A DNA stretch of 58,348 nucleotides, the filler included, from Circinaria calcarea (taxonomy: Eukaryota): assembly GCA_051942165.1 (NCBI GenBank). It is 3 parts of 3 records of this genome, joined end to end, with 100 filler letters (N's around TTAATTAATTAA, not from the genome) between each part and the next. Parts side by side here need not be neighbours in the genome. Positions count along the whole stretch, not along the records: positions 19,493 to 38,871 come from JAVECS010000209.1; positions 38,972 to 58,348 come from JAVECS010000210.1; 1 more part is not named here. One strand, 5' to 3'. Shown here one piece after another: positions 36,205 to 48,327 of the stretch. Positions within the stretch are counted from its first letter, which is position 1, and each line of letters begins with the position of its first letter. The position numbers and the translations under genes were made by a program. The notes beneath the pieces are model-generated. The model was not told the DNA's origin. It did no database searches and saw only the letters and a list, made by a program, of their open reading frames with translations.

Positions 36205-38734
36205 TGGTAGCGTTTCGGCAAATCAGCAAATGCCTTGTTGATTGATCCTCTATCAGACAGATAGTGGTCCTGCAGATCTTGAAACGCGCCCAGAAAAATT
36301 CTTCGAGGTAACAAGATCATAGCGACCGCTTGAGTCGAGTATTTGTGTTTCAAACCTCAGCCAGAAAGAGGCAAGGAAGATGATTACCGCTCAGAGGGCG
36401 GGTGGGGCTTACCGATGCAAACGATGGGAATGTTGATCCTGCGCTTTGAAAACCATCAAGCCAGTCACGTCCACAAGGACGATGATGGCTTCAATAAACG
36501 ACTTACCGAATAATATAGACATAGGAATTTTGACCATCTTCTCAGAAGTTATCTTTCTTGAGAACGATATTCTGGAGCTTATGTTCGTCTCACCCAGTCA
36601 GAATAATCTTTTTTTCGATACCCTGGGGAATATCCGGGTCTCCTCCGACTAGGAGATACCGGGACTTGATAGTATTCATACATACAACGCAGCAGAACGT
36701 ATATCACCAAGTATTAACACACCCTCTCGCAGTTGTTTGTGATTTCTGCGACGAACATGACCCACCGTACGAGTTCTATAAATCTCGCGTTTCTATGGCT
36801 GATATTTTTGATATCCTCGTAAGTTATCTTTAGACATTGAAGTTGGCTATATTAACTCTTTCTAGCCTGGAGTGAGAAAGTTTGAGCTCCCGATGGCCAG
36901 TTCGGAACCCCCGTCACATAATTTATATATCGGAATTATATTTAAATATTAGATTTTATGTCCCCTGTCTGGCCTCTTTAGCAGACACTACGACAGAGGC
37001 GGCTAAAAATGAGAGTGAAGGGAAGCCCTTCTTGCTAACCCTTCATGAGAAGTCCACATGGCAAAGGTTAATGCTACTGTGAGCCGTAAAAGGGGGGGAG
37101 GAGGGCTTCACGCTCTCAAGAAGAGGAAGATGATTCTGAAAGATCGGCAGCTCGATTCAGAAATCAAGGTGTGATATACGAATATGGATTAGTACGAGAT
37201 ATCTACATCAAAGCTCAGAAGCCCCATAAAATGAATGGCATTCTCACAACAAATCACAATACCTCTCGGGTGAGGTATACGCAATCGTTAGGGAAATGAA
37301 AATGTAGGTTTTACCAGCAAGGAAAGAAAAACTAACCGGCGGGTCGGAAGAAGGTAAGAATATCGCACGGAAGGAGACGCGGATTATTCATAATCCAAAA
37401 CTTTCCCGAAAAACGGCGAAATTTCCCCGACCATTCTCTCGGTGGTGAGGAGAATGGCACAACAAGAGACCCTGATGTGTTTTTAACACTCGAGAAAAAT
37501 GCTAGCAAGAAGAGGAAACGGGCGACCATTGACGAGGTGAAAGCGAAACATCCGGACCTGGATCGAGAACGATCCGGACATACTCTTCTACCCGACTTCA
37601 TCGCGATGCCATCGTATATCCTACCGCGTCTGCTAATGATTGTCCCCAACCAGGTATATGTGCTCCCTTCCCACGCAGCACTCAGCTTCTCTCTTGCGGG
37701 AGGGATTCCCACCAGCAAGCCTTCGCAAAACAGAAGACGATTATTATTGCCTGTTGCTACCATTATCTCGAACAATCCCCCTTTCTACTAGCTAGAGGGG
37801 CTAAATTTTGTCTACAATATCAGGGCTTAATCTGTAAAGGACCTAGGGGCATCAAAAACGGGATGGGAAAATAAACCGTCCGGGTCACCGCAAGGTGGAA
37901 GACGAGGGTATGATATAGTATGGGTTCAGCAAAAAAAAAGAAAACGAGTATAAGTGAGCATCGAGGACGTTTGGGTATGGGTATGGGGCGGACGTCTCCC
38001 TCCGCCTTATTCGCAAAGCCCGGAGCGAATTCTTCGTCGCGGTGATTAAATCGAATAAACTGGCAATTTCATACCAAAGTATGGCCCTCGGGTACCATAA
38101 CCGATAAGACCCCTAAGATGAGTTAGGAACAAGTCGGAAAACCAATCATATTCCTTTTACTCGCCAATACCGTGTAGGAAAGGGGATTTGGCAGTTCATA
38201 CTCACAGGCCCCAGGGACCTTTTAGTAGGGGCTATTACCGACGACCTGTTGAGGAGTCTATTACACCCCCGTGGTTGGTTCTGGAAAACCGTCGACGTGA
38301 GAAACAGCTCTCGGCCGTAAGGTCTCCGAGATCTTGTCATGTCCGTGTGAGATATATGCACCGACAGACGAAAGGGTGGAGGTAAAGGAGGAATGTACAC
38401 CGTCTCAGCTTTCTTGTAACTTAGCGTAGAGTCTTCGGTCGTTTGGAGCTAGTGTTTCAACTTCATATTGATACACCCTTCAGCAAATCTGTTCAGTTTG
38501 GAGGAGTGGATATGTCTGATTCTGCTACCCAGGTTGCGGCCCCATCCCCTTGCACATGCTCTCATCCAAGAAATAAGCGCCCTAAACCCGTAGTTCTCGT
38601 TATAAAAAGCACGCATTCATACTTAAATAAAAAACACCCTCCATCAACTCCCCACCCTATCCTGCCCTGCTCATTCCCTAAACAATCACTCCGCCACCTC
38701 CGGCGCCGTCGCCCCCGCATTATCAACCTCATCC

Positions 38735-38812
38735 GCAGTCCCTGCCGCAGTCCCGTCAGCTCCTGCCGCAGTCCCATCAGCTCCTGCCGTAGTCCCGTCA
38801 GCTCCTGCCGCC
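38735..38812. repeat. 21-bp tandem repeat (about 3.5 copies; CCGCAGTCCCGTCAGCTCCTG-like)
   Basis: Directly visible. It reads GADGTAA or RQELTGL repeats on the - strand. Confidence 0.85.
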
Positions 38813-38871
38813 GGCCCATCTATCTCTCCTTTCCTCTTCTCCCTCTCCACCCTCCTCGCCCCCAAAAACAC

Positions 38872-38971
38872 NNNNNNNNNNNNNNNNNNNNNNNNNNNNN
38901 NNNNNNNNNNNNNNNTTAATTAATTAANNNNNNNNNNNNNNNNNNNNNNNNNNNNNNNNNNNNNNNNNNNN
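38872..38971. other. Artificial assembly linker (44 N + TTAATTAATTAA + 44 N)
   Basis: Identical to the linker at 19393-19492. Confidence 0.97.
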
Positions 38972-39159
38972 TCATTATAAAGCAATGGATTCCAGAGCAT
39001 GATCAGGATATCCTCTTCGAGCATACTCGAAAGCTACGCGAGCGACGGATGATTACCGACACACAAACTGTCCTGAAGAAAGAAAGGGACCAACTTCTAC
39101 TTGTCAGAAGGAAAGAACCGCGGAAAAAGTCGCCCGTGCGTGCGTACTTTCTCACATGA
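38972..39159 (+). CDS. 3' end of a conserved fungal hypothetical protein gene, truncated by the gap
   Basis: The frame is open from the contig edge: IIKQWIPEHDQDILFEHTRKLRERRMITDTQTVLKKERDQLLLVRRKEPRKKSPVRAYFLT* (TGA at 39157-39159). I recall similar C-termini in Pezizomycotina hypothetical proteins. It is missing from the ORF track because it has no start codon. Confidence 0.7.
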
Positions 39160-39641
39160 TCAGATGAAACTCGGCAGCCTGTGATAGCCTTGCGCAGTCT
39201 GGACACGTTTTCAACATGGAACAAGAAAGTTGTCGGTTGGCTGGTGTCCCAGGTTTGAGAAAATACTTTCCATCGTCAACAGTAACTTCCTTTTCGTTTT
39301 GGGCTCGTCTTGATCTGTCTGAGTGAATGGCTTGCGTAGATTCCATGGACTGGGAAGAGACGGCGAGGAATATCATTATGTTCTTGACCATATACCTCTA
39401 CTGCTTGCTTACATAAAAACCCCACTTTATATACACCGAATAACGAAGCCACGATTCACAAAGTCATTGCGGTGAACTATAATATCTTTGATGCTGGTGT
39501 AATAGCGATGGAGAATTTGCTACGCGAGGCCCTCCAAAGTCTCCCACACGTTTCTCATAGGGTAGACACCATGCACTTCCCGCATTGTATGAACCTCGGT
39601 CGTTCTATCTGCGAGCCTCATGGCTTTTCGATCGGCAGTGC

Positions 39642-40711
39642 TCAAACCACCGTCATCGATGCAGTTTCCCATCTCAGCTCTGCTCGCCGTATTAACTCTT
39701 CGTACAGCGTCCAAGCCAACGCCGAGCTGAGAGCTTTCCTCCCCATCCTCAAGCCCATGCCATCGAACAAACTCCTCGCCCCTTCGTCCTGGACCATTTG
39801 CCTCCCAGCCTGAATCATGTTCTTATACTCTCCCGGCATGAGCTGCAATCGTGTTTTAACCGCATCGAAAGGGTTTGTAATGGCAGTCGCTAAACCTGCG
39901 GCCAGCACCCCGGAAAGGAAATTAATCGACAGGGAGGCGCTACTTTTCATTCCCTTTCCGTCCACGATGCTCCCGCTCACGATCGGTGCGACCTCCCCCA
40001 GCTCACTCAGTCTCTTCTTCGACTGCTCATAGAACAGCACGTAGAGTCCCGCATACGGCGCATCCCTGATGGCCGTTGCGCCAAACCCGGCAAAGAACCC
40101 TTTCAGCCCCTCGTGCCTCCATATCGCCGTCCCCGCTCCCCAGATCGATTCGTAAGAGTACAGGCTCGATTCGTACCGCACTTTGATCACGGTGATGGGC
40201 ATCATCAGCAAACCCACGCCCGCCCTCGCTGCTGCCCCCGTAGTCAGGTTCGCCCAGTTCGAGAGCTTCGGCAGCGACGAGCTAGAATGCTTCGCATCTT
40301 TCTGCGTAGTGACTACCAACCCCGTCGAGGTGAGCAGATGTGACGAAGCGACCTGCTGCCGCAAAGCGTTAAGGGTCGAAAAGTAGAGAGCAGAGCCGAA
40401 ACCGGTCCTGATGATGGAGGGGAGAGTGCCGCGCCAAAGGTGGACGAGCGGACGGGGGCCGGATGTTATTGCGCGGAAGGTAGAGAGGAGGCTCGTGGAG
40501 TGAGCCTGTTGGAGGCGGGTTTTTAGGAGGTCGGCGGGTTGGAGGAGGAAGGCGGAGAGGACACCGGTGGAGAGGCCGGCAAGGAAGTGGAATGCTACGG
40601 GAGAAGGAGTTTAGTGGTCATAGAAGAAGAGGGATGGGTTGGCCGTGCTGGATAGAGGAGGGCAATGGGCTTACAAGCTGAAGAAGAGCGCTTCGGAGTG
40701 CCATCGGGCAT
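39642..40711 (-). CDS. HEM25: Mitochondrial glycine carrier (SLC25A38/Hem25); exons 40711-40675, 40594-39642
   Basis: Three carrier signatures ([34 protein letters not shown]), plus [30 protein letters not shown] and [14 protein letters not shown]. Intron 40595-40674. Confidence 0.92.
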
Positions 40712-41471
40712 ATCTTACTCGATTTCAGTTGGGAATAGTTGAAGTAGGGAATTGTGAGGTACAACTCATGTGTATACATATTGTTGTAGAAGATTGAAGG
40801 AACTGAGGGAGAATATGGCCCTCGAATTAGCCTTAGGCTCGTTCCGGTTCTAGATACGAGGGTAGGCAGCCCTCGCCGAGCTGAAGGGAGACAATTCCCT
40901 CGTGAATGGGTGGCAGCAGCTGGATAATTACATGTATCCGCTAAGTCTGTGATATCGTTCGAACTTTGGGCAGCTAAAGAGCTAACCTCATGAAAGTAAC
41001 CAAGGCATAGGTAGCATATCCATGAAAGATTCACGTAATCTAACATGTCTGTAAATAAGCGTCCCCAAACCAAAGGAGTAAGAAACACCCACGCGCTTGA
41101 CAAAAAACATTGTAACCCTGAGCTACCCCCAGCCGTAGCTACTGACTCTTCCAGCCTAGGATTCGGGTATGGAATCACCAACATTGGAAGGGTCCCACAA
41201 ATCTAGAGGTGGAAATTTAGCGAGTAATTACTGTCGGGGTTGCAATGTTTTTTATCAAGCGCGTGACACCCTTTGCCGGAGTCATACGTCTGGTTGATTT
41301 ACAGTGTGAATGTCAATGTGGCAGGGCTGGTAACTTACCACTGTGGCTGTACTCCAGCGGTGCGTTGAGCAGAGAGACATACTACAAATAGAGTGTCAGT
41401 TCAGTCCCATGTATTTCGCGATCAGCATGAACGGCGTCACCGCCGCTCTATGATCGGACACACATCGCAAG

Positions 41472-44400
41472 ATGGATGCATACCCGCTCCACTACGTTTC
41501 TCATAACTTACCGTTCATCGTTCTCTTTGGGCTTGGCTCTACCAATCCACAACCACGTGATGCTGTTGAAGAAGAGTATCCCCTTTTGCAGGAGAAGGGC
41601 ATCTACATCTCCTCCGATCTTCCCAGCGTGACTGGAAACACTTCGGATGAACTGCTCAAGTGCTTCAATGACTTCGATGCCAAAGACGCGGCTTGGAATC
41701 ATCGGCCAGGTAAAGGCAAGATGGGAACCATGGGCTTCACATATCGAAATGTGGGGAGGGTAGGTCAGACCACCTTGTACTCTTTTCCGTTCCCTCTGGA
41801 TCTTCATCATGTTTAACCCTGCAACTTAGCATTCATGCTCCGTTGAGCATCGCCTTGCAAATCGTTAGCAATCATTGAAATTGAGCGATAGTACTAATTT
41901 AGTCCCTAGGCCTTCACTCTGCCGCCCCATAAAGCCAAACCGCCACCGCTATCACCGTCGTTACAGCCCATGGATGATGGACCACCGCGGAAGCCTTCTC
42001 TTACCCCAATACTCCACTCTCCCTTATCTCCACTTACTCCAGATTCTCCAACCTATCCAGATGGTATAATGACTACTTTCTGGTTTTCGAAGCATCAAAC
42101 TCTATTGCCGTGTACAATAATCTCATTTTACAGCTTCACACTTGACGTGAATAATAGTACTCTACAGGATAACAAGGTGAAAACAGAAATCAATGCGATC
42201 AGGAGCTCCATTACTACCTCCTCCTACAAGACACGCTTCGTTGCTGTGCTTGTTTGCGAAGACAATGGACCGGAGAGCGATATGGATGATCGAGTGGCGA
42301 CCATTCGCCGTGCGACCGCATTAGATTCCAAGTCTCTGTTCATTTTGCCACAAGATCAATCTGCCGTGGAAATCCGAGCCTTTGTAGGAACTATTTTAGC
42401 TGCAATCCAGACATCGTGTACTGATTACTACCGAGACCTTACTAAACATACACGGAGGAAGAGGAATCGAGGTACAATACCACCCCCTACAGCGCCTCCG
42501 ATTTCTGGTACCTCCAAGACTCTATCTAATCAAGGCTGGGCCGTTCGGTACGAAACAAAGCTGGGGTGCTTTGCTGAGTTCCGACAGGAAATGGATTCTG
42601 CGGGACGGAGCTACGAGAATGCCTACGAACTGCTGCTCGACGGTGATGTATTTGAGAGTATCTCGAGTTGGAGCCCTCGCTTCAACGAAGCTCGAATGCT
42701 TGCGGATGCGCTAGCTCTCCGAATCCTTCGATGTCTTCTCTGGTCTGGACAAACGACGTCTGCAGCCCAGTCATGGTCAAACCACCGGGCTCGGATGCAG
42801 GATCTAATTGATCGAAAGGGCAAGGGCTCGGGTACGTATGGCTGGATGGCATGGGAGGCAACTTGGTCCGCAGCAATGGCGGAATTGATTGAGAGGGTTG
42901 ATGTACCAATCTTCCACGTACCGGAGCAAGCTCAATCGCCCGGGATCGCCTCTTCGGAGATTCCTGATATATATGCCATCCCAGAGAAAGCATTTGACCC
43001 AGACGAGCGTCTTCCACCGTGGGATCTACTTCATCATGAAGGCTATTGGTGGACCCGCGCAGCCAAATGCACCCGTGCAAGGCGTAAACTGGCGTATGCT
43101 ATGCCGAAAGAAGATCGAACTTCCCCTGGGCAGTCTCCCGCATCTCAAGTTGCCAACCAATCCCACATGTACGACACTTACCTTTGCCCCGAACCCCATG
43201 TTGAATTTGCTCTCCCTGGAAATAGCACGTTTGACTACGCAGACCTTCTCGTGAAGACTCTACGTAACGCTTCTCGTCACTTTTCCAGGAGAAGTCAAAG
43301 TCGTGCGGTGGAAAAGACAGAACTCGATGTGGCGCGAGAATACATGAGAGTGGGACGCTGGAAAGATGCTATGGGAACCCTGAGACCTATATGGCAGAGG
43401 CTTAGCTGGCGTCGTGCCGGTTGGTGGAAGCTAGCAGAAGAAGTAAGCTGGGCAGTCAGGGCTTGCGCTCGCCACACGGGCGACGGTGAGACCTTAATTG
43501 CAGTAGAGTGGGAATTGATGAGCAGCTGTATGTACAAGGCAACTTAGTCCCACCTTTTGCTTACTAGGCACCGTTCGACTGACCGCTACGGCACTCCATT
43601 AGGTCTGACTCCTAGACCGAGTTGGCAGTATAACTTTTCTAAGTGCCTGGATGGCTTGGATGTAGAGGGGAAACCCTGTGCCAAAGTAAACTTTGATGCT
43701 CTTGCACCTACTCGTAAGCTGATGACCGCTTTCTTATGAACCTTTCTCATTCATCACGCCGCTGATCCGTTCCTCAGTGTCTGCAACCCTTGTATTTGGT
43801 GTATCAGAAGCTCGAGTCGGGGTTCCTCTACCTTGCCAGTTAATCGTCACTTCACAAGCACACCAGTCTTCATATGCAATCACATTATCAGAGATTAAAA
43901 TCGCGTTCGAGGGGGGTTTACGAGGCTTTCACATCGAGCACACTCCGGGCAAGCAGCCGGCAGCAACTTCGACTAGCAAACCAATGCACCTTTACAACAC
44001 CGCGCTGAGCGAACGTCCGCCCTCCTTTGAATCCACCTCACCTCCATCATCTCCGAAAGCCTTTTCGTCACTTTACGGTTCGAGTGACCTTCGTTTCGAC
44101 CCAGGCGGAACCAAAGTCTTTACACTGAACTTGCTACCACGCGATGCAGGAGAGATCAAAGTAATCCAGGCATCGCTAATCGTTCGTGAGGAGTTGTTTG
44201 AGTTAGAAGTCGGTATTCCCCTGCATGAGCAGGTATCTCCCAGCGACTGGTGGATCAGCAGCGATTCGAGTATCTCCAGGAAGACACTTGCTGCTAGTAG
44301 CGGTCCGACGATCGTGGTCCTACCCAAACCCCCTAATATAATATTGGAGCTTCCGTCTATACGGAAGCCTTATTATACGGACGAACAGGTTGAGATACGA

Positions 44401-45558
44401 ATTATCACAACCAATAATGAAGATGAAGATGTTGAAATACGGCTTGACGTTAACTTGGTGGGCAGCCTTGACAAAGTCCCACAACTACATTGGATCTTTC
44501 CATGCAGTGAAGCCAAAGAGGAGCATTATGATAGCAGGCTTGTCCGGGAGAAAGTCATAAATACCTCTAATAGTTACCTAGCAAGCCGTACTCTTGGGCA
44601 GCTAGCACCCACCGTAACACGAGCAGAAGTTATCAGTTTCAAAGCGTTGTCGGAGATGACCGAGTACACGCTTGAAGTAGGGGCCTTTTATCACCTACTC
44701 TCAGACCCTGACACCCCAATATCAAAAACCATCACCCGAGAGCTGGTCTTTATTGGGCCGTTTGAAGCCAACTACATTTTTACACCACGAGTGCACCCTG
44801 AGCCATGGCCAAGCTACTTCAGCATCCTAGATGGAAAGGATGATCTCGGTACATCCCGAGCAAATCCCAGACCAAACGGTCTCAAACAGCAATGGTCATT
44901 GTCCGCAAGAATCGCCTCTTTCGCTATCGAGCCCCTAACCATCGAGAGCGTAACGCCAGAGATAATCGATGTCAGACAAGGGGCTATGTGTAAACTTGTG
45001 CAAAAAGACGATCTGGATCAAAACGCTATGCTAGAACCTAATGCTATCCTCCATCGCAACTTCCTCTTCGAACTGCAGAAACTCGGTCTCGAGGACCGGC
45101 GAACTTCCCACGCCAATCTCCAACTTCGTGTGGCCTGGCGAAAAAGTCCATCCTCCAGCCCAGCAACGATGACCTCCCTTAGCGTTCTGCCGTTGACCGT
45201 TCCCTTTGGAGAGCCGCGTGTTCTCGCTTCGGCTTTTTCTGCCACCTCCTCCAACTCGCTGTCCTTGGTCCATGTGTCCTACATGCTCGAGAACCCGTCC
45301 ATGCACTTACTGACCTTTAGTCTTTCCATGGAAGCCAGCGAGGATTTCGCATTCAGCGGACCGAAAGCCACCACCGTGCAGCTTGTTCCTTTGAGCAGGC
45401 ACGAGGTCAATTATAATCTGATGCCGGCACGCCGAGGAATGTGGATCTGGCCTGTGATGAATGTGGTAGACGTGGGCTTCGGGAAGACTCTCAAGGTTGG
45501 GGCTGGGGAGGGATGCAGAGGAGACGTGAAAGGAGTTGGGATTTGGGTGAGCACATGA
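41472..45558 (+). CDS. TRAPPC11: Trafficking protein particle complex subunit 11 (foie gras/Gryzun domains); exons 41472-41759, 41910-43527, 43603-43713, 43778-45558
   Basis: Contains LHSPLSPLTPDSPTYPDG, DYYRDLTKHTRRKRNR, GWAVRYETKLGCFAEFRQEMD, WRRAGWW and LENPSMHLLTFSLSMEASEDFAFSG. Three canonical introns restore the frame. Confidence 0.9.
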
Positions 45559-46474
45559 GACCGGAGCATCAGTGACTTGGTAAATTGTCTTTGATTCCCA
45601 AGTAACTTTCCGGACATTCGAAGAGGACGAGGGAAGATGCGGTCGTTGCGGCTTCACAGGCATTGCCACAGCTGCTTGATTGCTAATAGTCACAATGGTC
45701 AAGTAACGGGTAGACTTCGAGCGTGAACAAGAGGCCGATCCCGACAGGACAGCATCTATCCGGTTATGGCCGTCGGTAACCTCGCCCTTTGCTCTGTGAC
45801 TTGTAGGTAATGTGCGGACTATGTACGGCGGAATCGGGTGGCGCTAACGAACTGGAGCCACTACTCGATCGAAGAGGGCTGCCTGACAGCGGCCTCTGAC
45901 GGAATCATGAAACTGATGACGATGTTACGGACGGGGGCGTTACGGCAGTAATTTTTCACATACTTACTACAACAACGAAGCAGTAAATACAGATGTACAG
46001 ATTCCCTCTTACTCCGTACCTGCCCCGGCTTCCCATGACCTTGTCGCTGATCTATACCTGATCGAACCAATTGCCTCCTCCAAACTCAAATCGCGAGGGG
46101 CGAGGGCCGAGGGCCGAACACACGGACCACGTTGCAAGTCAGGGAGCCATGGCTGCTTTGGGAGATGATCGCCAGGGTTGCTCGGTAAAAAGGAGCCAGG
46201 CAAAAGCTTAAAGCCTCACTAGCTCTCCGCCTTGAGCCCCAGAGAACGCCAGAATACACTAACGACCCTCTTCCTGTGTTAGAGTGGCATTTTGGATCCC
46301 GACGAGTACGACTGCGACTGTTATGCTTCTCCTCTGCTACGCAAGACATGTTACCCTTCTCGACACTCCTATCTTTCTTCCTGAGGAGGCGTACCTGTGA
46401 CAGCGTTCAAGCCTGGCTCCATTGATACACGCAAACAAGGCTCATCCGACGACGATTCGCCACAACCCTTCTTG

Positions 46475-47472
46475 ATGGTAAGATCCCCGCACACTCCGGT
46501 CCGAGGGCATTCGCGCCATGCCCGAGGACGTTTCGGTGGTTGAGAGCACTGACGGCCAGTTCAGGGCTGCTGTTCGTCCAGGTCTCGAGATGAAGGGCAG
46601 TCATCTCCATACACCGCCTCCAATGCCCATGGCGATTCTTCGTCACGTGCAATCACCTCGGCTGCCACCCCCATCCCCGAAGCACCTACCCCACGGGCAG
46701 ACTCGATCCGCCCCAACACCGAACAGAGTCACCGCCAGCGCATCGGTCTCACCGAGCAGTTCAACCAGCCTATCCGGCCCCACGTCTGGACTTCCAAGCG
46801 CAAGTGGACCCGTCACGATCTTGACCGGGAAAGAGAAGCCTTCTTCGACACAAGAGTGACCGGCAGGCAAGAAATATGGGGTGCACTAAAGCTGGTTGTG
46901 GGACTGTTGGGGGAACACGACATACAGACGGCGCAGGGAATCCTCGACGCATCGGTGATCACAGTGCCAACGGGTGACCTGGTCAATGGGGCCTATGACG
47001 AAGTGGGCAACTACTATCAGATGCCGGAACACATGATCAGTGATCCGGAAAACCTAATGCCAGAAGAGAAAATTGCCGCAGCCGAACCAGTCAATCAGGA
47101 CGGCGAGGACGATGACGACGATACAGACGAAGAGGAAGCGGAGCGCAGGAGGGAGGAGAAGGGTAAGGCTGTGCTGAAGAGCGGGGAAAGCTTCAAGGTC
47201 AAAGCAAGGCTCAGCGACAGAGGGGGCCCGGATGTGGTTATCACGCTAGCAAAGGACCAGAACGTTAGGGTGCTGGCGCGGAGAATCCAGGATGAGGCGG
47301 GGGTGAGTATGTCCCTGGAGGCATATGACGTATCCGTTGACGGTGTCTGCAGATTGTCGGCAAAGGAAAGATCAGAATTGCGTATCTGGGTAAGATCCTG
47401 AAAGACGGAGAGACCTTGCAGAGCCAAGGCTGGCGGGAGGGACATGTCGTTAACGCCCTTGTGTTCCAATGA
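46475..47472 (+). CDS. Ubiquitin-domain protein (UBTD/DC-UbP-like) with N-terminal MGCC lipidation motif; exons 46475-46477, 46565-47302, 47353-47472
   Basis: ATG|GTAAGA...CAG|GGCTGCTGT gives MGCCSS. WTRHDLDREREAFFDTRVTGRQEIW, GAYDEVGNYYQMP and a C-terminal Ubl (IRIAYLGKILKDG) are present. Confidence 0.88.
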
Positions 47473-48327
47473 CACGAGTCTCGCGACTGAGTCCAGTAGT
47501 GTACATAACCGCATGCATTGTGGGGGAGCGGCGCCCGGGGTCAATCGGGTATAGGAGGCCTCCTAGGATGTGAACCCCAAGGAACGGATTTTGGAGGGGC
47601 GGGTGGGCGGAGTACAGGCATCATCTGTCGGTGATACCCATCTGCTTGTGTTTTGGCGTAGTGTGGCCTTTGGAGAGGCGGAAGGTAACTGAATTCGGAT
47701 TTTTTAGATCGTCTAACGGTGTGATGTAGCGCTCCAATCAATCACTACTCTCCTGTTTCGGCTCCGCCCCTCTGCTACCGCAAGGGAAGCTGATGAACTT
47801 CTACTCTGTCTATTTTGGTGAAAGGTGTTTCAAGAGCAACATCGGTTTCTCATCTTCCTGAGGCTCTTTCGGGGAAGCAACTGGTTTATTCGTGACTGAT
47901 ATTTATTTTGCTGCGGTTTTCAACTTCCCATGTACACGACCGCCTTGCACATACCGGCAGTATCAATGACGAGGTGCTGCATGCAGCAATGCAATTGGTA
48001 CTTTGCCGCCTGATTTTCCAGAAACGTCTTCTCCGCCCCATGCATACCTACCTACACGATGTTGGACATGACCTTGGATGGAGGTTTGGCTTAAACGGCT
48101 GCTAGGCTCCGCGACTGGCCATGCAACCGGAGAGGTTCGAAAAGGGTTGAACCGGTCGTTTGTACCGCAGGGGACCCTAATCGAACTATCTTGGCTCTAT
48201 CCCGTTCGGCAAACCAACGTGGACGGGTTGGGGAGGGGAACAAATGCATCTATAAGTAGACCTGGGTCCATATTAACATGCGGGTCTGAGATGCTTCACT
48301 TCCCACTGTCTATTTACTATCATTACC

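Noticed and set aside
30400..38870. Gene-poor block as a Starship or other giant element
   Set aside because: No tyrosine-recombinase captain, intact cargo or defined boundaries are visible, and the block is cut by a gap.
39003..39391. Minus-strand ORFs after the second gap as a spliced gene
   Set aside because: The + strand frame 38972-39159 is a better, conserved-looking coding signal; these ORFs are likely antisense shadows.
40618..41184. 188-aa ORF in the HEM25/TRAPPC11 divergent promoter, and the many short ORFs overlapping real genes
   Set aside because: Non-ATG starts or alternative-frame/antisense overlaps with no recognisable domains; chance ORFs.
47788..47865. Possible C/D-box snoRNA (TGATGA...CTGA) between the UBTD and GH43 genes
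   Set aside because: The C box lacks the leading purine, the terminal stem is weak, and I could not match the guide convincingly to rRNA.
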